Shown here: positions 7,169-17,423 of the stretch, piece by piece
Position numbering within the stretch: the first letter of the stretch is position 1
Layout of the letters: every line of letters begins with the position of its first letter
Origin: a virus
Lineage: Duplodnaviria > Caudoviricetes
Virus record (IMG/VR): IMGVR_UViG_3300020294_000008
Coordinates: 1 to 49,874 of that record
Length of the DNA: 49,874 bases
Direction: 5' to 3' (one strand)
The notes under the pieces: generated by a model
What the model was told of the DNA's origin: nothing
Databases searched by the model: none
Seen by the model: only the letters and a program-made list of their open reading frames with translations
Position numbers and translations under genes: made by a program

Positions 7169-9046
7169 TTAATAAATGACTCGAATGTCGCCTGTGCCTC
7201 CTTGCTGTGGTCCGTTAACGACTTGATATGTTGAACCAGCGACTGCTTTACCAGCAGCACCAGCACCTGCTTTACCCCAGTCACCACCTGCAACGCCAGG
7301 TTGACCTGGAGTTCCAGGATTTCCTCCAAACCCATCATCACCATCAGATCCAGGTGTGCCTGATGTGCCATCAGATCCAGGTGTGCCTGGTGTGCCATCA
7401 GATCCAGGTGTGCCTGGAGTTCCTGGAGTTCCACCAGATCCATCAGATCCAGGTGTGCCTGGAGTTCCAGGTGTGCCTGGAGTTCCAGCAGATCCATACT
7501 CACATGATGCTGGTCCTCCAGGAGTTCCAGCACCACCAGGAGTTCCAGATCCACCACCCCATGCTTGAGGTGTACCTGGAGTTCCAGGTGTGCCAGGTGT
7601 ACCTGGAGTTCCAGCAGTTCCAGGAGTTCCAGATGTGCCAGGAGTTCCAGATGTGCCAGGAGTTCCAGAACCAGCAGGAGTTCCAGATGTGCCAGGAGTT
7701 CCACCAGATGAAGATAAAGCATCTGTTAAATTATTAAAACCTCTACCATCAGATCCAGATCCTGCCTGACCTCCTATACCACCTTGACCATGCCAACCTG
7801 CTGATCCTCCTCCACCAGCAGCACCACCACCACCAGCTCCACCAGCAGAACCACCTTGTCCACCTGAACCACCATATCCTTTAGATCCACCATGTCCATG
7901 ATGTCCACCAAAACCTTGTTGTCCACCAGCACCCCCTTTACCAGGAGGACCACCAAAACATAATGTTCTTTGTTGCCTTGGTTGAGTTGCTGGAGCAGTC
8001 TGCTGAGTCGTTACAGAAACATATTCAGTAACTCGACTACGCTGTCTACCTCTTCCCCACCATCCTCTTCTATCCCTTCTTACTTGCCTTCTTGCTTCTT
8101 GAATAGTTGCTGTCTGTTGAAAAGTATAAGTAAATGGTTGATTAACTCTATTCCATCCAGGAGATCCCCATGATCCATCAGATCCAGGTTGACCTGGAGA
8201 TCCAGGGACACCTCTAGATCCAGGATTTCCACTTTGACCAGGAGTTCCAGGAGTTCCAGGTGATCCATCAGTTCCAGGAGTTCCAGGTGTTCCAGGTGTG
8301 CCTGGAGTTCCATCAGAAAGAGGTCCAGAACCAGTAGTACCTGGAGATCCATCTACACCATCAGCACCACCACCACCTCCTGCCCATATTCTTGATGCAG
8401 AACCTTCACACTCAACAAATACTACACGACTAGCAGGTGCTCCAGGATTAGAAATACTAATAGCATGACCACCAGGTTGTCCAGATGATATTCCTTTAGC
8501 ACCACCAGCAGCATATATTCCATAACCTGAAGGTGAATTATTAACATAAACATTAAGATTAGATGATGCTGAACTTGCAATAGATACAGCAGGTGTAGCA
8601 ACAGAAGTAGATACTACCCTTCCCCTAATCTTAAGATATTTGGTAATATTTTTATTTAAATTTGAATTCCAGTTTACAAGAGCAGTTGGTGTAGTTGATC
8701 CTGTAAGAGTACCAGCATCAAATTGATGCTCTTCTTTATTAGAATCTTGCTCAACAACATATTCTTTAATAATATTCCTTACATCATCAGGAGATATAGC
8801 ACCACTGGTAGGTACATGTGCATTCTCAGTTGCATCTAAAACATATGGTAGATGTGGTTGTGATGATGTAGGATTTGAAGGTAAATTGTATGGAGCATCA
8901 AGATCAGTAACCCTATGCATCTCTGACATAGAGATAGATTTGCTAGTATCACCTATTGCTGCTCTTATCTTACCAAAAGATACTTCCTTACCAGCAGGTT
9001 CAGTTAATAAAGTTTTAGTAGTATTTGACCAATCAGGTGCTGACAT
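7169..9046 (-). CDS. gp38-like tail-fibre adhesin with long Gly-X-Y (collagen/polyproline-II-like) tracts
   Basis: GIYAAGG..GQPGGHAI..IWAGGGGG..GGDWG..GAAGKAV framework; many GTP/GSP triplets; last gene of fibre cluster. Confidence 0.65.
   Translation of the reverse strand: MSAPDWSNTTKTLLTEPAGKEVSFGKIRAAIGDTSKSISMSEMHRVTDLDAPYNLPSNPTSSQPHLPYVLDATENAHVPTSGAISPDDVRNIIKEYVVEQDSNKEEHQFDAGTLTGSTTPTALVNWNSNLNKNITKYLKIRGRVVSTSVATPAVSIASSASSNLNVYVNNSPSGYGIYAAGGAKGISSGQPGGHAISISNPGAPASRVVFVECEGSASRIWAGGGGGADGVDGSPGTTGSGPLSDGTPGTPGTPGTPGTDGSPGTPGTPGQSGNPGSRGVPGSPGQPGSDGSWGSPGWNRVNQPFTYTFQQTATIQEARRQVRRDRRGWWGRGRQRSRVTEYVSVTTQQTAPATQPRQQRTLCFGGPPGKGGAGGQQGFGGHHGHGGSKGYGGSGGQGGSAGGAGGGGAAGGGGSAGWHGQGGIGGQAGSGSDGRGFNNLTDALSSSGGTPGTSGTPAGSGTPGTSGTPGTSGTPGTAGTPGTPGTPGTPGTPQAWGGGSGTPGGAGTPGGPASCEYGSAGTPGTPGTPGTPGSDGSGGTPGTPGTPGSDGTPGTPGSDGTSGTPGSDGDDGFGGNPGTPGQPGVAGGDWGKAGAGAAGKAVAGSTYQVVNGPQQGGTGDIRVIY
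7290..7705 (-). repeat. 9-bp-unit coding tandem repeats encoding (Gly-Thr-Pro)n / Gly-Ser-Asp
   Basis: Repeated ccaggagtt / ccaggtgtg / ccatcagat units on the + strand. Confidence 0.9.
8155..8350 (-). repeat. second Gly-X-Pro coding repeat tract (about 18 uninterrupted triplets)
   Basis: GTPGTPGTPGTPGTDGSPGTPGTPGQSGNPGSRGVPGSPGQPGSDGSWGSPGWN. Confidence 0.85.
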
Positions 9047-9057
9047 ATTTAATTACC

Positions 9058-11808
9058 TCAAGTTAAGTCCAATGTAGCAGATCCAATACCAGCAACATTA
9101 AAACTAATTTTCTTAGGTGTAGACAAGGTATCTATATCTATTTGAATACCAGTATATGCAGATCCAACTAAAGATTTCCATATTCCATCACCACCATGAA
9201 CTTGAAGTTGATTGACATTTAAACCATTATCACTATGTTGAGCAAAACAGAAATTACTGGTACTCCATCCTACTGGTGCTTCAGGTGGATATTCAGGAGC
9301 AACTCCATTATTTGCAGAATCATTTTCTCTGTATCTTTCATAAGATCCAGAAACTTGTGTTCTCATTACTCTTCCTTTATATCCCCTTTGCTCCATGAAA
9401 TCATATCCAACATCAGATGTAATACCAATAGGATCACTACCATCAGCACGATATCTAAGTATCTTAGAAGCACCATCATACCATAATGATCCTGCATAAT
9501 CATTATCATTTACATCTACAACAGCAGGACCACTACCACCTGCACCATCAGTCGGAACAAAGTTTCTTGGTAAGATAAATGCCTCTTCAGCATATCTCAT
9601 ATCAAAACAACCACCTGGTTCCCCAGTTGCTATACCAATTCTAATAGCAGTAGTACCACCAACACCAATAGTTCCACCTATTCCAGTATGTCTATTCCAG
9701 AATGTTGTATGCTTATAAATCTCAACTCTTTCATTATTAGCAGACAATCTTGTTGTTGTAGTTCCAATTCCTACTGCACCCTCGAATATTACTTGTGATG
9801 CTCTCAAAGAACCATCATCACTCCTTGCATATCCTACATGTAATAAAGTTTGATCTGTTCTATCAGCAGCAGATGATCCAATACCCACACCTTTTGATGA
9901 ATTATGAAGGAATAATTCACCATCTTCCCATATTTCCAATCCTTCACTAATACCTGGAGATGATGCACCAAATGCACTGCCTGTATTAATACCAATATAT
10001 CTACCATACATGTAAGTATTTGATCCACCAGTAAGTCTAAGATCAGCAATAGTACTAACACCAGTAGGTGCATTAATTGCTATAAATGAACCAATACCAG
10101 TAACACCATCTATTTTAATGCTACCCATAGTAATAGTTCCTACACCCAGAACATTGAGATCACCCCCAACTTCCAAAGCAGTTACTGTTGTAACTCCCAA
10201 ACTTGATCCACCACCAACATTAATATTTTGAAAAGTTGCTTCAGCAGCATTTACATTACCAGATGTTTGCCAATTTCCACTACCTGTAAGAGTTGTAACA
10301 CCAGTTATTTGACCATTAACATCAATATCAGTAACACCAGTTATTTCACCATTGGCAGTAATATTTGTAGCACCAGAAATAGGACCATTCATCACTAAAT
10401 TGGTAGCACCATCAATAGGACCACTCATGGTAATACCACTACCAAGAATCATCCCACCACCATTTATTACCTGTATTGCAGAACCATTTACTGCTGTTCC
10501 AACAACTAATCCACCACCACATGTAACTCCACCACCAGCAATAATATCTTCAGTTATAATTACATCATTAGCAGTTACATTACCAGTAATATTAAAGTTT
10601 CCTCCACCAGTCATTTCACCAGTAAATGTAGAAACACCAGCAACAGATAATCCTGCACCAACATTTAATACATTAATAGTTTGAGTAGATCCAAGTTCAA
10701 CAGTACCAACTAAACTACCACCAATTGATACACTACCACCAATTTTAAGATCACCATCATGTATTCTAACAGTACCAATAAATCCAGCAGCATCACCACT
10801 AGCGGATGCAGTAGCACCTACACCTAAAAACTCACCAACCACTAAATCTTGACCTACAGTACTAACACCAGATCCCTTAATAATAGATGGTGCTAATCCA
10901 GTTGTATGTAATTCTTCTACCTGAATAATAGGATCACCGAGAATACTGTATGCAGTTTGAGCACCAACAGCAGTGGAAGCAGTACCAGCAAATGTAGTAG
11001 CAGTAATTATTCCACCGTTAGCAACAATACCACCAGTAACCTGAAGTGTACTAAAGCTAGTGATACCCGTAAATGTTCCACCAACACCCGTAATATAATT
11101 AACAGCAACATCAGGACTATCCGTCAAACCTGCTGCTACAACTGCTGTTATAGCATCAGTAATAGTACCAATAAAACTAGGAGCAGATATGCTTGTAGAT
11201 GCTGTAATTGTAGAGAATGTACCAACATCAGCATTGACATTACCCTGACCCTGACCAGTTGTATTTGTAACTGTTAAATTCTTTGTTACGACTCCTTCAA
11301 ATGTACCAACACCAGCTACAGGATCCATGTAGATCTCATAACCTACACCAAATCCAGCATTACCTCTCGTAAGTGTTGTTCCTATACCAACAAGTTTATT
11401 AGAATATATTGTATTACCAGCACCAGGATTAACCCAAACTGATGCAGGAATACCAGTTAATTCTGATCCATCTCCTACAAATTTCGTTGCTGTAATAATA
11501 CCAGCAAGACTTATTGTTGCTCCAGTACTACCTACACCAACTTGGAATGCTTCTTCAGGAACTGTAGTTCCTATACCAACGGATGAACCAACAGCAACAT
11601 TAAGATCACCATGAAATGTTGTAATTCCAGTGACTTTAAGGTTGTTTAATTCAGTATTCTCATCAACAATTATATTACCTCGAACATCGAGTTGTTGTCT
11701 GGGAATGGTACTTCCTATACCGACCAGACCATTATTAGAGATGAGATCATCAGTATCTACCTGAATACCATCTCTAAAATTGACTACGGTTTTATAATTG
11801 CTAGGCAT
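9058..11808 (-). CDS. tail fibre-like virion structural protein
   Basis: Repeated VGIG(S/T)T.P and GIITAT.F.G motifs typical of cyanomyophage fibres; Gly/Thr-rich. Confidence 0.8.
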   Translation of the reverse strand: MPSNYKTVVNFRDGIQVDTDDLISNNGLVGIGSTIPRQQLDVRGNIIVDENTELNNLKVTGITTFHGDLNVAVGSSVGIGTTVPEEAFQVGVGSTGATISLAGIITATKFVGDGSELTGIPASVWVNPGAGNTIYSNKLVGIGTTLTRGNAGFGVGYEIYMDPVAGVGTFEGVVTKNLTVTNTTGQGQGNVNADVGTFSTITASTSISAPSFIGTITDAITAVVAAGLTDSPDVAVNYITGVGGTFTGITSFSTLQVTGGIVANGGIITATTFAGTASTAVGAQTAYSILGDPIIQVEELHTTGLAPSIIKGSGVSTVGQDLVVGEFLGVGATASASGDAAGFIGTVRIHDGDLKIGGSVSIGGSLVGTVELGSTQTINVLNVGAGLSVAGVSTFTGEMTGGGNFNITGNVTANDVIITEDIIAGGGVTCGGGLVVGTAVNGSAIQVINGGGMILGSGITMSGPIDGATNLVMNGPISGATNITANGEITGVTDIDVNGQITGVTTLTGSGNWQTSGNVNAAEATFQNINVGGGSSLGVTTVTALEVGGDLNVLGVGTITMGSIKIDGVTGIGSFIAINAPTGVSTIADLRLTGGSNTYMYGRYIGINTGSAFGASSPGISEGLEIWEDGELFLHNSSKGVGIGSSAADRTDQTLLHVGYARSDDGSLRASQVIFEGAVGIGTTTTRLSANNERVEIYKHTTFWNRHTGIGGTIGVGGTTAIRIGIATGEPGGCFDMRYAEEAFILPRNFVPTDGAGGSGPAVVDVNDNDYAGSLWYDGASKILRYRADGSDPIGITSDVGYDFMEQRGYKGRVMRTQVSGSYERYRENDSANNGVAPEYPPEAPVGWSTSNFCFAQHSDNGLNVNQLQVHGGDGIWKSLVGSAYTGIQIDIDTLSTPKKISFNVAGIGSATLDLT

Positions 11809-11836
11809 TATCTTATTGGAGACAAGACGCTTTTAC

Positions 11837-14800
11837 TTATTTATCTTTGATGTCATCGACCTGTTGTGACAAGTCTTTGACTGCCTCAATTAATAGAGGA
11901 ATCAGTTTATTATAATGGACACCTTTAGTGCCGTCAGGTTTAGTTGATACTGCTTCAGGAAGAACCTTTTCAACATCTTGAGCAATAACACCAATGTCAT
12001 GCCCTTGATAGTTCTTGTTACCTTCCTTCCAATCATATTCAGTACCACGAATACCCATAACTTTAGCAATAGGATTTTCTAATGTGGTAACATTTTCTTT
12101 TAATGCCAAATCAGATGACTGACCATAGAATGCAATAATATCATCACAGCAGTGAATTGGACCACCACAGAATGTAACACCACTACCACTATGCCATAGA
12201 TCACCACTGAAGGTAGTAAATCCATTGAAGGTAGTTTGTTCATTAAATGTAACTTTTGCATCATAAGCAGTATTAGTTGCTATAGCAACTGCAAATCCTG
12301 GTGCTGCATTAAGAACTAGATCACCAGTATTAAACTTAGTAGTAATCTCAGTTTTATTAGTTCCAACACCAACTTTTACATTATTAATAACTGCACCATT
12401 AGGGAATGAACCAGTAAAATCAATAGTACCAGCAAGTTCGATACTACCACTAGATACTGTCTTACCAGTTAATGAAACATCATTAGTAAATGTAACAGGA
12501 CCATCAAACTGTGATAAGATATTCTGTTGAATACCACCTTCTACATTAATTCTTTGCTTAACGGTAACTTCATCAAATACAACTGAGTTAGCAGATGGAT
12601 CTTCACCTGTAATTGTTGGAATAGGAATATTAAATGATGATTCCTGACCTGTTGATGAACTTACTCTCTTATTACCAATATAGAAATCACCTCTGTTATT
12701 CAATCCAGTGTAAACAACAGTACCACCAGATCTCTCTTGTGACTGAGAAAGATACTCTTCAGTTTCACTCAATGTTCTATTCTGAACTTGAGGTAATGCT
12801 GTTGAATAGTTACCTGGACCATATCCAAGGTATTCAAATGTATGACCTGATGCACGAAGTATAGATGGTCTTCGAGTTTCTATAGCAAACACATTAATTT
12901 TCTTAATAAGAGAATCAATAGTATGTGCTTTAGGTAAAGTACCCATCTGACCACGAAGGACTGTAAATGCATCATTACCTGAACCAGATAGTCCAGTAGC
13001 AGAAATTCTTACAATCTCTTCATTAATTTCAAGATAATCACCTAATTGGAATCTATTAGCAGTACCAATACCTGTAGCATGTTGAACAGGTATTGAAGTA
13101 TCAGTATTAGTAATGTTAGTTTTTAACCCAACACTATCTCCACCATAGAAGTTAAAGTATCTTGAACCAATAGATTCTTCGATACTAACAGACTGATTAT
13201 GATCTGAGAAAGCATGAGGAAGTATTCTATACCCTGCTACAAATAAAGGATCATTAACTGTCTTAGCAGTAAATGATGTAACACCAGATAATGTGGTGCT
13301 ATAGTAATCCCCTACCTTTTCATTACTACCATTAACTACAGTGAATTGTGTACCTTGTCTAATACCATGAGCACCAGAAGTAACAAATGTAGTTAAACCA
13401 GTAGTAGTATCAAAATGTGTAGATGCAATAGAAACAGAAGGTCCAATTCTAAAAATATATTGATGAGCATTAATTGTTGGATCTAATGTAGATATACCAA
13501 TTGTAATAGAATCTTTTGATGGTACTTTAGTTATCCTAAAATATCCACCCGTAGTTTCTCCAGCACCCGTTACTTGTATTGCATCATCAACTGCATTAGT
13601 AATACCTGTAGTTGGAACACCAATAGATGCACCAGTGAAATTCTCAGGATATAATGTTTCACCACCCACATAACCAGATCCAGGGGACTGTAATGTGAGA
13701 CCCGTGATTTGTGTAGATCCAACACCAACAACAACCTTGGCAGTTGCACCATTCCAATTCTGACTACCATCTAATAATTTAACATTATATCTTGTAGTAG
13801 CAGCAAATCCAGTACCACTATTATATGGAGATAAATTTTCATATTCAAAAACACCATTAAAATTATGTTGCTGAGTTAATTGAACTGTTGCTACACCAGC
13901 AGAAACTGCAGTGATACTTGATACTCCAAATCCTATACCAAAATTCTTAGTGAATTTATCAATAGACTCTCTTGTTACTGAATTTAAAAGACTGTTAGTC
14001 TCAACTCTACCAACTGGATCTCTTCTTGCAAATGATACAGCAGCAGGTGGGTTCTTTCTTACATTATCTCTATCTAACTGTGGATAGAAATCAGTAATTT
14101 GTTGACTATATTCTTGATCTGTAAATTCTGTTGGTGGTGAATAATCAGATGATAGAACTTCTAGTAAATAAACACCATCACTCTCATCTTTAACATATTC
14201 AGATATTACTCTAGATCTATAAACATCAAAGTTTCCTTTGTTATCATTAACACTGAATCTTGGAAGATTAATAACTCTATTAGATGTTTCATCAACAAAA
14301 TTACCAGTGTTCTTTTTATCACCATCAATATCTGTATTATTGTATTGGAATTCCATATTATTAGGAACACCAGTCACAGTATAATATCCATTATATCCTT
14401 TCTTTTCTTTAGCAGTAGTATTATTAGAATCTTTAATATTCTGAGTATATACAATATCACCAACTTTAACATTGTGTGGTAATTCTGCTCTAACTGTTAC
14501 AGTATCTAATACTTCACTACATGTAGCAATGAAACCATAATTTCTCTTAAAATTATTATCATTAACAGTAATAGTTGTAGCAGTAATATCAGCAGTTTTA
14601 GCAAAACCAGTTTGACCTGATTGTTGCAGAATAAAACCATCTACAGGGTTTCTAGAATTTTCTGCTTCTCTAGGAATTACATAACGAACCTTAAACAATT
14701 TGTTTTCAATACCCCTTCTATCTTCATATCTTTTGAAATATGCAGTTTCTGTTTCTGGTAAAGTTTTAATATAATCATTATTAACAACATTCGTATAAAG

Positions 14801-17086
14801 ATCACTATTATTTTCAGTCAATACAAACCAATTATTTTGATTAGCATCCCATTGTACTGGATGACCTATTTGATTAGGTGACTTATCACTAACTCTACTT
14901 TCAATCCTTAAATTAGTACCACCATATAATGCAACAGGAATAGCATTAATTGCATTAGAAAATGTACTTGCTACTTTAATAGTTGTTGAATCTACTTTAA
15001 TAGCATAATATACAGTATTTGGTGACAATCCTTCTGGGAGATCACCATAATCACTGAATATACGAATAGTTTCACCATTTATAATACCAATATCATTAAT
15101 TGTTAATTCATAATTAGTATTAGGTACACTTGCTGGTGTAAACTTAGTTCCCTGATGAGAATTAATACCAATATTAGCAGTTTGAACACCTGCAATTACA
15201 TTTTCTGGCATGTATACAGGAGAACTAAATTCTGTACCACCAATAGAAAGATATAATTTTTCATTCAAATTAGCACCAATTCTATAACCCTGTGTTAAAC
15301 CAAGTGGATTTTCATCCTCTCTAGTAAATCCAGAAAGGTATAGATGTGAAGATATACCTGCTTGTTGTGTTTTTGGTACATCTATTTGGAACCATGATAT
15401 ATTATCTAAATCTTCCTTATAGGTTGATACCCAATTAGGTGCAACAAAGTGTGTAATATATCCCTGATCATCTCTTGGGAATGCAGAGTTTCTAAATCCA
15501 TCTGCAACTAAAGCATACTGTCCAAAGTTGGAGTTAGAGTTAGTTATAGATGCGTCAGCACCACTATCACCTCGTAAATGTGCATTATATCCAATAGCGA
15601 ACACAGAAACTATCTGTAAAACAGCATTATTTTTTATAGTAACATGATTTTGTTCCCATCCTTTACGATATATTGCACCACTATCTAAATGATAAACAGT
15701 ACTAGGATCAGTAGAACTAGACTCTGCTGCTAATGTAGCACCTTTAGTAATACCATAAGATATTGATTCATAAAGACGAGTTTCCTTATTATATTTTGTA
15801 AATGCTCTGTCATCTTTTTGTAGTGATATACCAGTGAATTGAGCAACAACCATTGAACGGAAACCAGTTGCTTTAGCACCATCAGCTAACATTCCTTGCA
15901 TACCATATACTGATCTCAATGAACAGTTAAAGATATAAGGGGATGCACCTTTAACAGTATCAGATTCAATAGTTACTCTAGCATTAGTAATGTTAGTTGG
16001 TTTTGCAGGTAAATTATTAGGGAAATCAGTAATAAGATAAGTAAATTGAGTATCCGAAATAACTGATTGAACTGCTGTAGAAATATTATATTCTGTTACA
16101 TTAACTCCACTGATCTTAATAGGAGTACCAGCAGTAAGATCATGTGGCAATTGTGTAGTTACTGTCACCTGTGATGTAGGTGTTAATCCATCACCAGATA
16201 TAATTGAAGATATGACAAATGGATCAGTACCAAGAGCACCAACAATCTCATATTCTTCACGAACTTTGTCAAAGTCTCCTTCTAAGTTTGGCCATTCATA
16301 GTTAACAGCACGACCAGTTGATTCTTGATAAGCATAACTTAACTTATAATAATACATACTAAGGTCTGTCTTATCATATCCCTTAACATCGTTGATACCA
16401 TCAGCATACTCAAAACATGTCAACTTATGGTGAGAAAATAATGGTTTTGATTGATTTTGTGTAGTAAACTGCTGATGATCTGTATATACTAATCCATCCT
16501 GATTTCCATCAAAGAATGAGAACTGCCAGAAATAACAGTTACCAGTAATTCTAAACAAACAAGAATCTGGAACAGTATTATCAGTAGGATTAGGTACATA
16601 TTTTGGTCTTATCTTTGTCTTTCTAAGGTCCATACCTACGATGGATGTACCACGAGGTACAACAACTCCACCATTTACTGAATTAAATTTATATAATACA
16701 TTATTTTCTACAGTTAAATCAAACTCACTTGTTAAATTAAGTCCAAATACTGAAGTAGCTAAAGTCTCAGCACCTGCAGGAGATACAGCAATTGCTCTAG
16801 TAGTATCTGTTGGATCTACCTTAAGAGAAAATCCAGGTCTATTATCAAGAACATGTTCACCTGGATATATTAAAATTGTTGTTTTATCTGACTCATCATT
16901 ATCAATACCTGACTGATATGAAAATCTAGCAGATTCTAACAGTGCTCTCTGTATCGTTTTAAAGGGTTTTGTTAAAGAGTTACCCTGATTAGTAATACTA
17001 TCGGTAGAGTCCAAATCATTTGGATTTACATAGAGAATTCTACCCTCTGTATTCTTTATAAAATTCTCTAACTTATTTAAAGGCAT
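11837..17086 (-). CDS. large virion structural/tail fibre protein with C-terminal intramolecular chaperone (peptidase S74)
   Basis: MPLNKLENF..PFKTIQRALLE N-terminus; RRPSILRASGHTFEYLGYGPGNYSTALP; C-terminal SSDLALKENV..IGVIAQDVEKVLPEAV..LIEAVKDL. Confidence 0.85.
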   Translation of the reverse strand: MPLNKLENFIKNTEGRILYVNPNDLDSTDSITNQGNSLTKPFKTIQRALLESARFSYQSGIDNDESDKTTILIYPGEHVLDNRPGFSLKVDPTDTTRAIAVSPAGAETLATSVFGLNLTSEFDLTVENNVLYKFNSVNGGVVVPRGTSIVGMDLRKTKIRPKYVPNPTDNTVPDSCLFRITGNCYFWQFSFFDGNQDGLVYTDHQQFTTQNQSKPLFSHHKLTCFEYADGINDVKGYDKTDLSMYYYKLSYAYQESTGRAVNYEWPNLEGDFDKVREEYEIVGALGTDPFVISSIISGDGLTPTSQVTVTTQLPHDLTAGTPIKISGVNVTEYNISTAVQSVISDTQFTYLITDFPNNLPAKPTNITNARVTIESDTVKGASPYIFNCSLRSVYGMQGMLADGAKATGFRSMVVAQFTGISLQKDDRAFTKYNKETRLYESISYGITKGATLAAESSSTDPSTVYHLDSGAIYRKGWEQNHVTIKNNAVLQIVSVFAIGYNAHLRGDSGADASITNSNSNFGQYALVADGFRNSAFPRDDQGYITHFVAPNWVSTYKEDLDNISWFQIDVPKTQQAGISSHLYLSGFTREDENPLGLTQGYRIGANLNEKLYLSIGGTEFSSPVYMPENVIAGVQTANIGINSHQGTKFTPASVPNTNYELTINDIGIINGETIRIFSDYGDLPEGLSPNTVYYAIKVDSTTIKVASTFSNAINAIPVALYGGTNLRIESRVSDKSPNQIGHPVQWDANQNNWFVLTENNSDLYTNVVNNDYIKTLPETETAYFKRYEDRRGIENKLFKVRYVIPREAENSRNPVDGFILQQSGQTGFAKTADITATTITVNDNNFKRNYGFIATCSEVLDTVTVRAELPHNVKVGDIVYTQNIKDSNNTTAKEKKGYNGYYTVTGVPNNMEFQYNNTDIDGDKKNTGNFVDETSNRVINLPRFSVNDNKGNFDVYRSRVISEYVKDESDGVYLLEVLSSDYSPPTEFTDQEYSQQITDFYPQLDRDNVRKNPPAAVSFARRDPVGRVETNSLLNSVTRESIDKFTKNFGIGFGVSSITAVSAGVATVQLTQQHNFNGVFEYENLSPYNSGTGFAATTRYNVKLLDGSQNWNGATAKVVVGVGSTQITGLTLQSPGSGYVGGETLYPENFTGASIGVPTTGITNAVDDAIQVTGAGETTGGYFRITKVPSKDSITIGISTLDPTINAHQYIFRIGPSVSIASTHFDTTTGLTTFVTSGAHGIRQGTQFTVVNGSNEKVGDYYSTTLSGVTSFTAKTVNDPLFVAGYRILPHAFSDHNQSVSIEESIGSRYFNFYGGDSVGLKTNITNTDTSIPVQHATGIGTANRFQLGDYLEINEEIVRISATGLSGSGNDAFTVLRGQMGTLPKAHTIDSLIKKINVFAIETRRPSILRASGHTFEYLGYGPGNYSTALPQVQNRTLSETEEYLSQSQERSGGTVVYTGLNNRGDFYIGNKRVSSSTGQESSFNIPIPTITGEDPSANSVVFDEVTVKQRINVEGGIQQNILSQFDGPVTFTNDVSLTGKTVSSGSIELAGTIDFTGSFPNGAVINNVKVGVGTNKTEITTKFNTGDLVLNAAPGFAVAIATNTAYDAKVTFNEQTTFNGFTTFSGDLWHSGSGVTFCGGPIHCCDDIIAFYGQSSDLALKENVTTLENPIAKVMGIRGTEYDWKEGNKNYQGHDIGVIAQDVEKVLPEAVSTKPDGTKGVHYNKLIPLLIEAVKDLSQQVDDIKDK
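11838..11844 (-). promoter_or_regulatory. T4-type late promoter (ATAAATA)
   Basis: 30 nt upstream of the fibre-gene start at 11808. Confidence 0.6.
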
Positions 17087-17117
17087 CTCTCTATTATAAG
17101 ATACATTGTGCTGATGT

Positions 17118-17155
17118 TATTTAGTCATGGATAAATACTTCGTTACTAATAAATA
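17118..17155. promoter_or_regulatory. divergent late promoters: CTAAATA (minus, 17118-17124); ATAAATA (plus, 17131-17137 and 17149-17155)
   Basis: TAAATA cores in the short intergenic region between divergent genes. Confidence 0.6.
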
Positions 17156-17156
17156 G

Positions 17157-17423
17157 ATGGACTTTCAAAAAATAGCATCTACTGGAACAGCAGTAGCAGT
17201 AGTTGGTACTGGTGCATTTGTTGGTGGTGGTCATGTCATTGATCAAAAGACTGGTGGTCCCCAAAAGAGACAAGACGCACAAATAGAACAAATTAGACAA
17301 GTTGTTAGAGAAGAAGTATATTTACAATTAGTGAATGCTTGGCCAAAATCCTCAGGTCCAGTTAAGGGTTTAAAACCACCTACACAAGATTATCAACAGG
17401 TAGTACCAAATGAGCGTAAATGA
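17157..17423 (+). CDS. hypothetical protein with N-terminal hydrophobic segment
   Basis: 88 aa ORF downstream of late promoter; overlaps next ORF. Confidence 0.7.
   Translation: MDFQKIASTGTAVAVVGTGAFVGGGHVIDQKTGGPQKRQDAQIEQIRQVVREEVYLQLVNAWPKSSGPVKGLKPPTQDYQQVVPNERK

Noticed and set aside
7290-7705. Possible CRISPR or non-coding repeat array
   Set aside because: Repeats are in-frame 9-mers without unique spacers; fully explained by coding
7165-8352. Alternative-frame and antisense ORFs (7165-7722, 7228-7737, 7356-7568, 7774-7956, 8080-8352)
   Set aside because: Shadow frames created by the stop-free 9-bp repeats of the Gly-X-Pro gene
9058-17086. Diversity-generating retroelement or invertible cassette acting on fibre genes
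   Set aside because: No reverse transcriptase, recombinase or template/variable repeat pair noticed in the window
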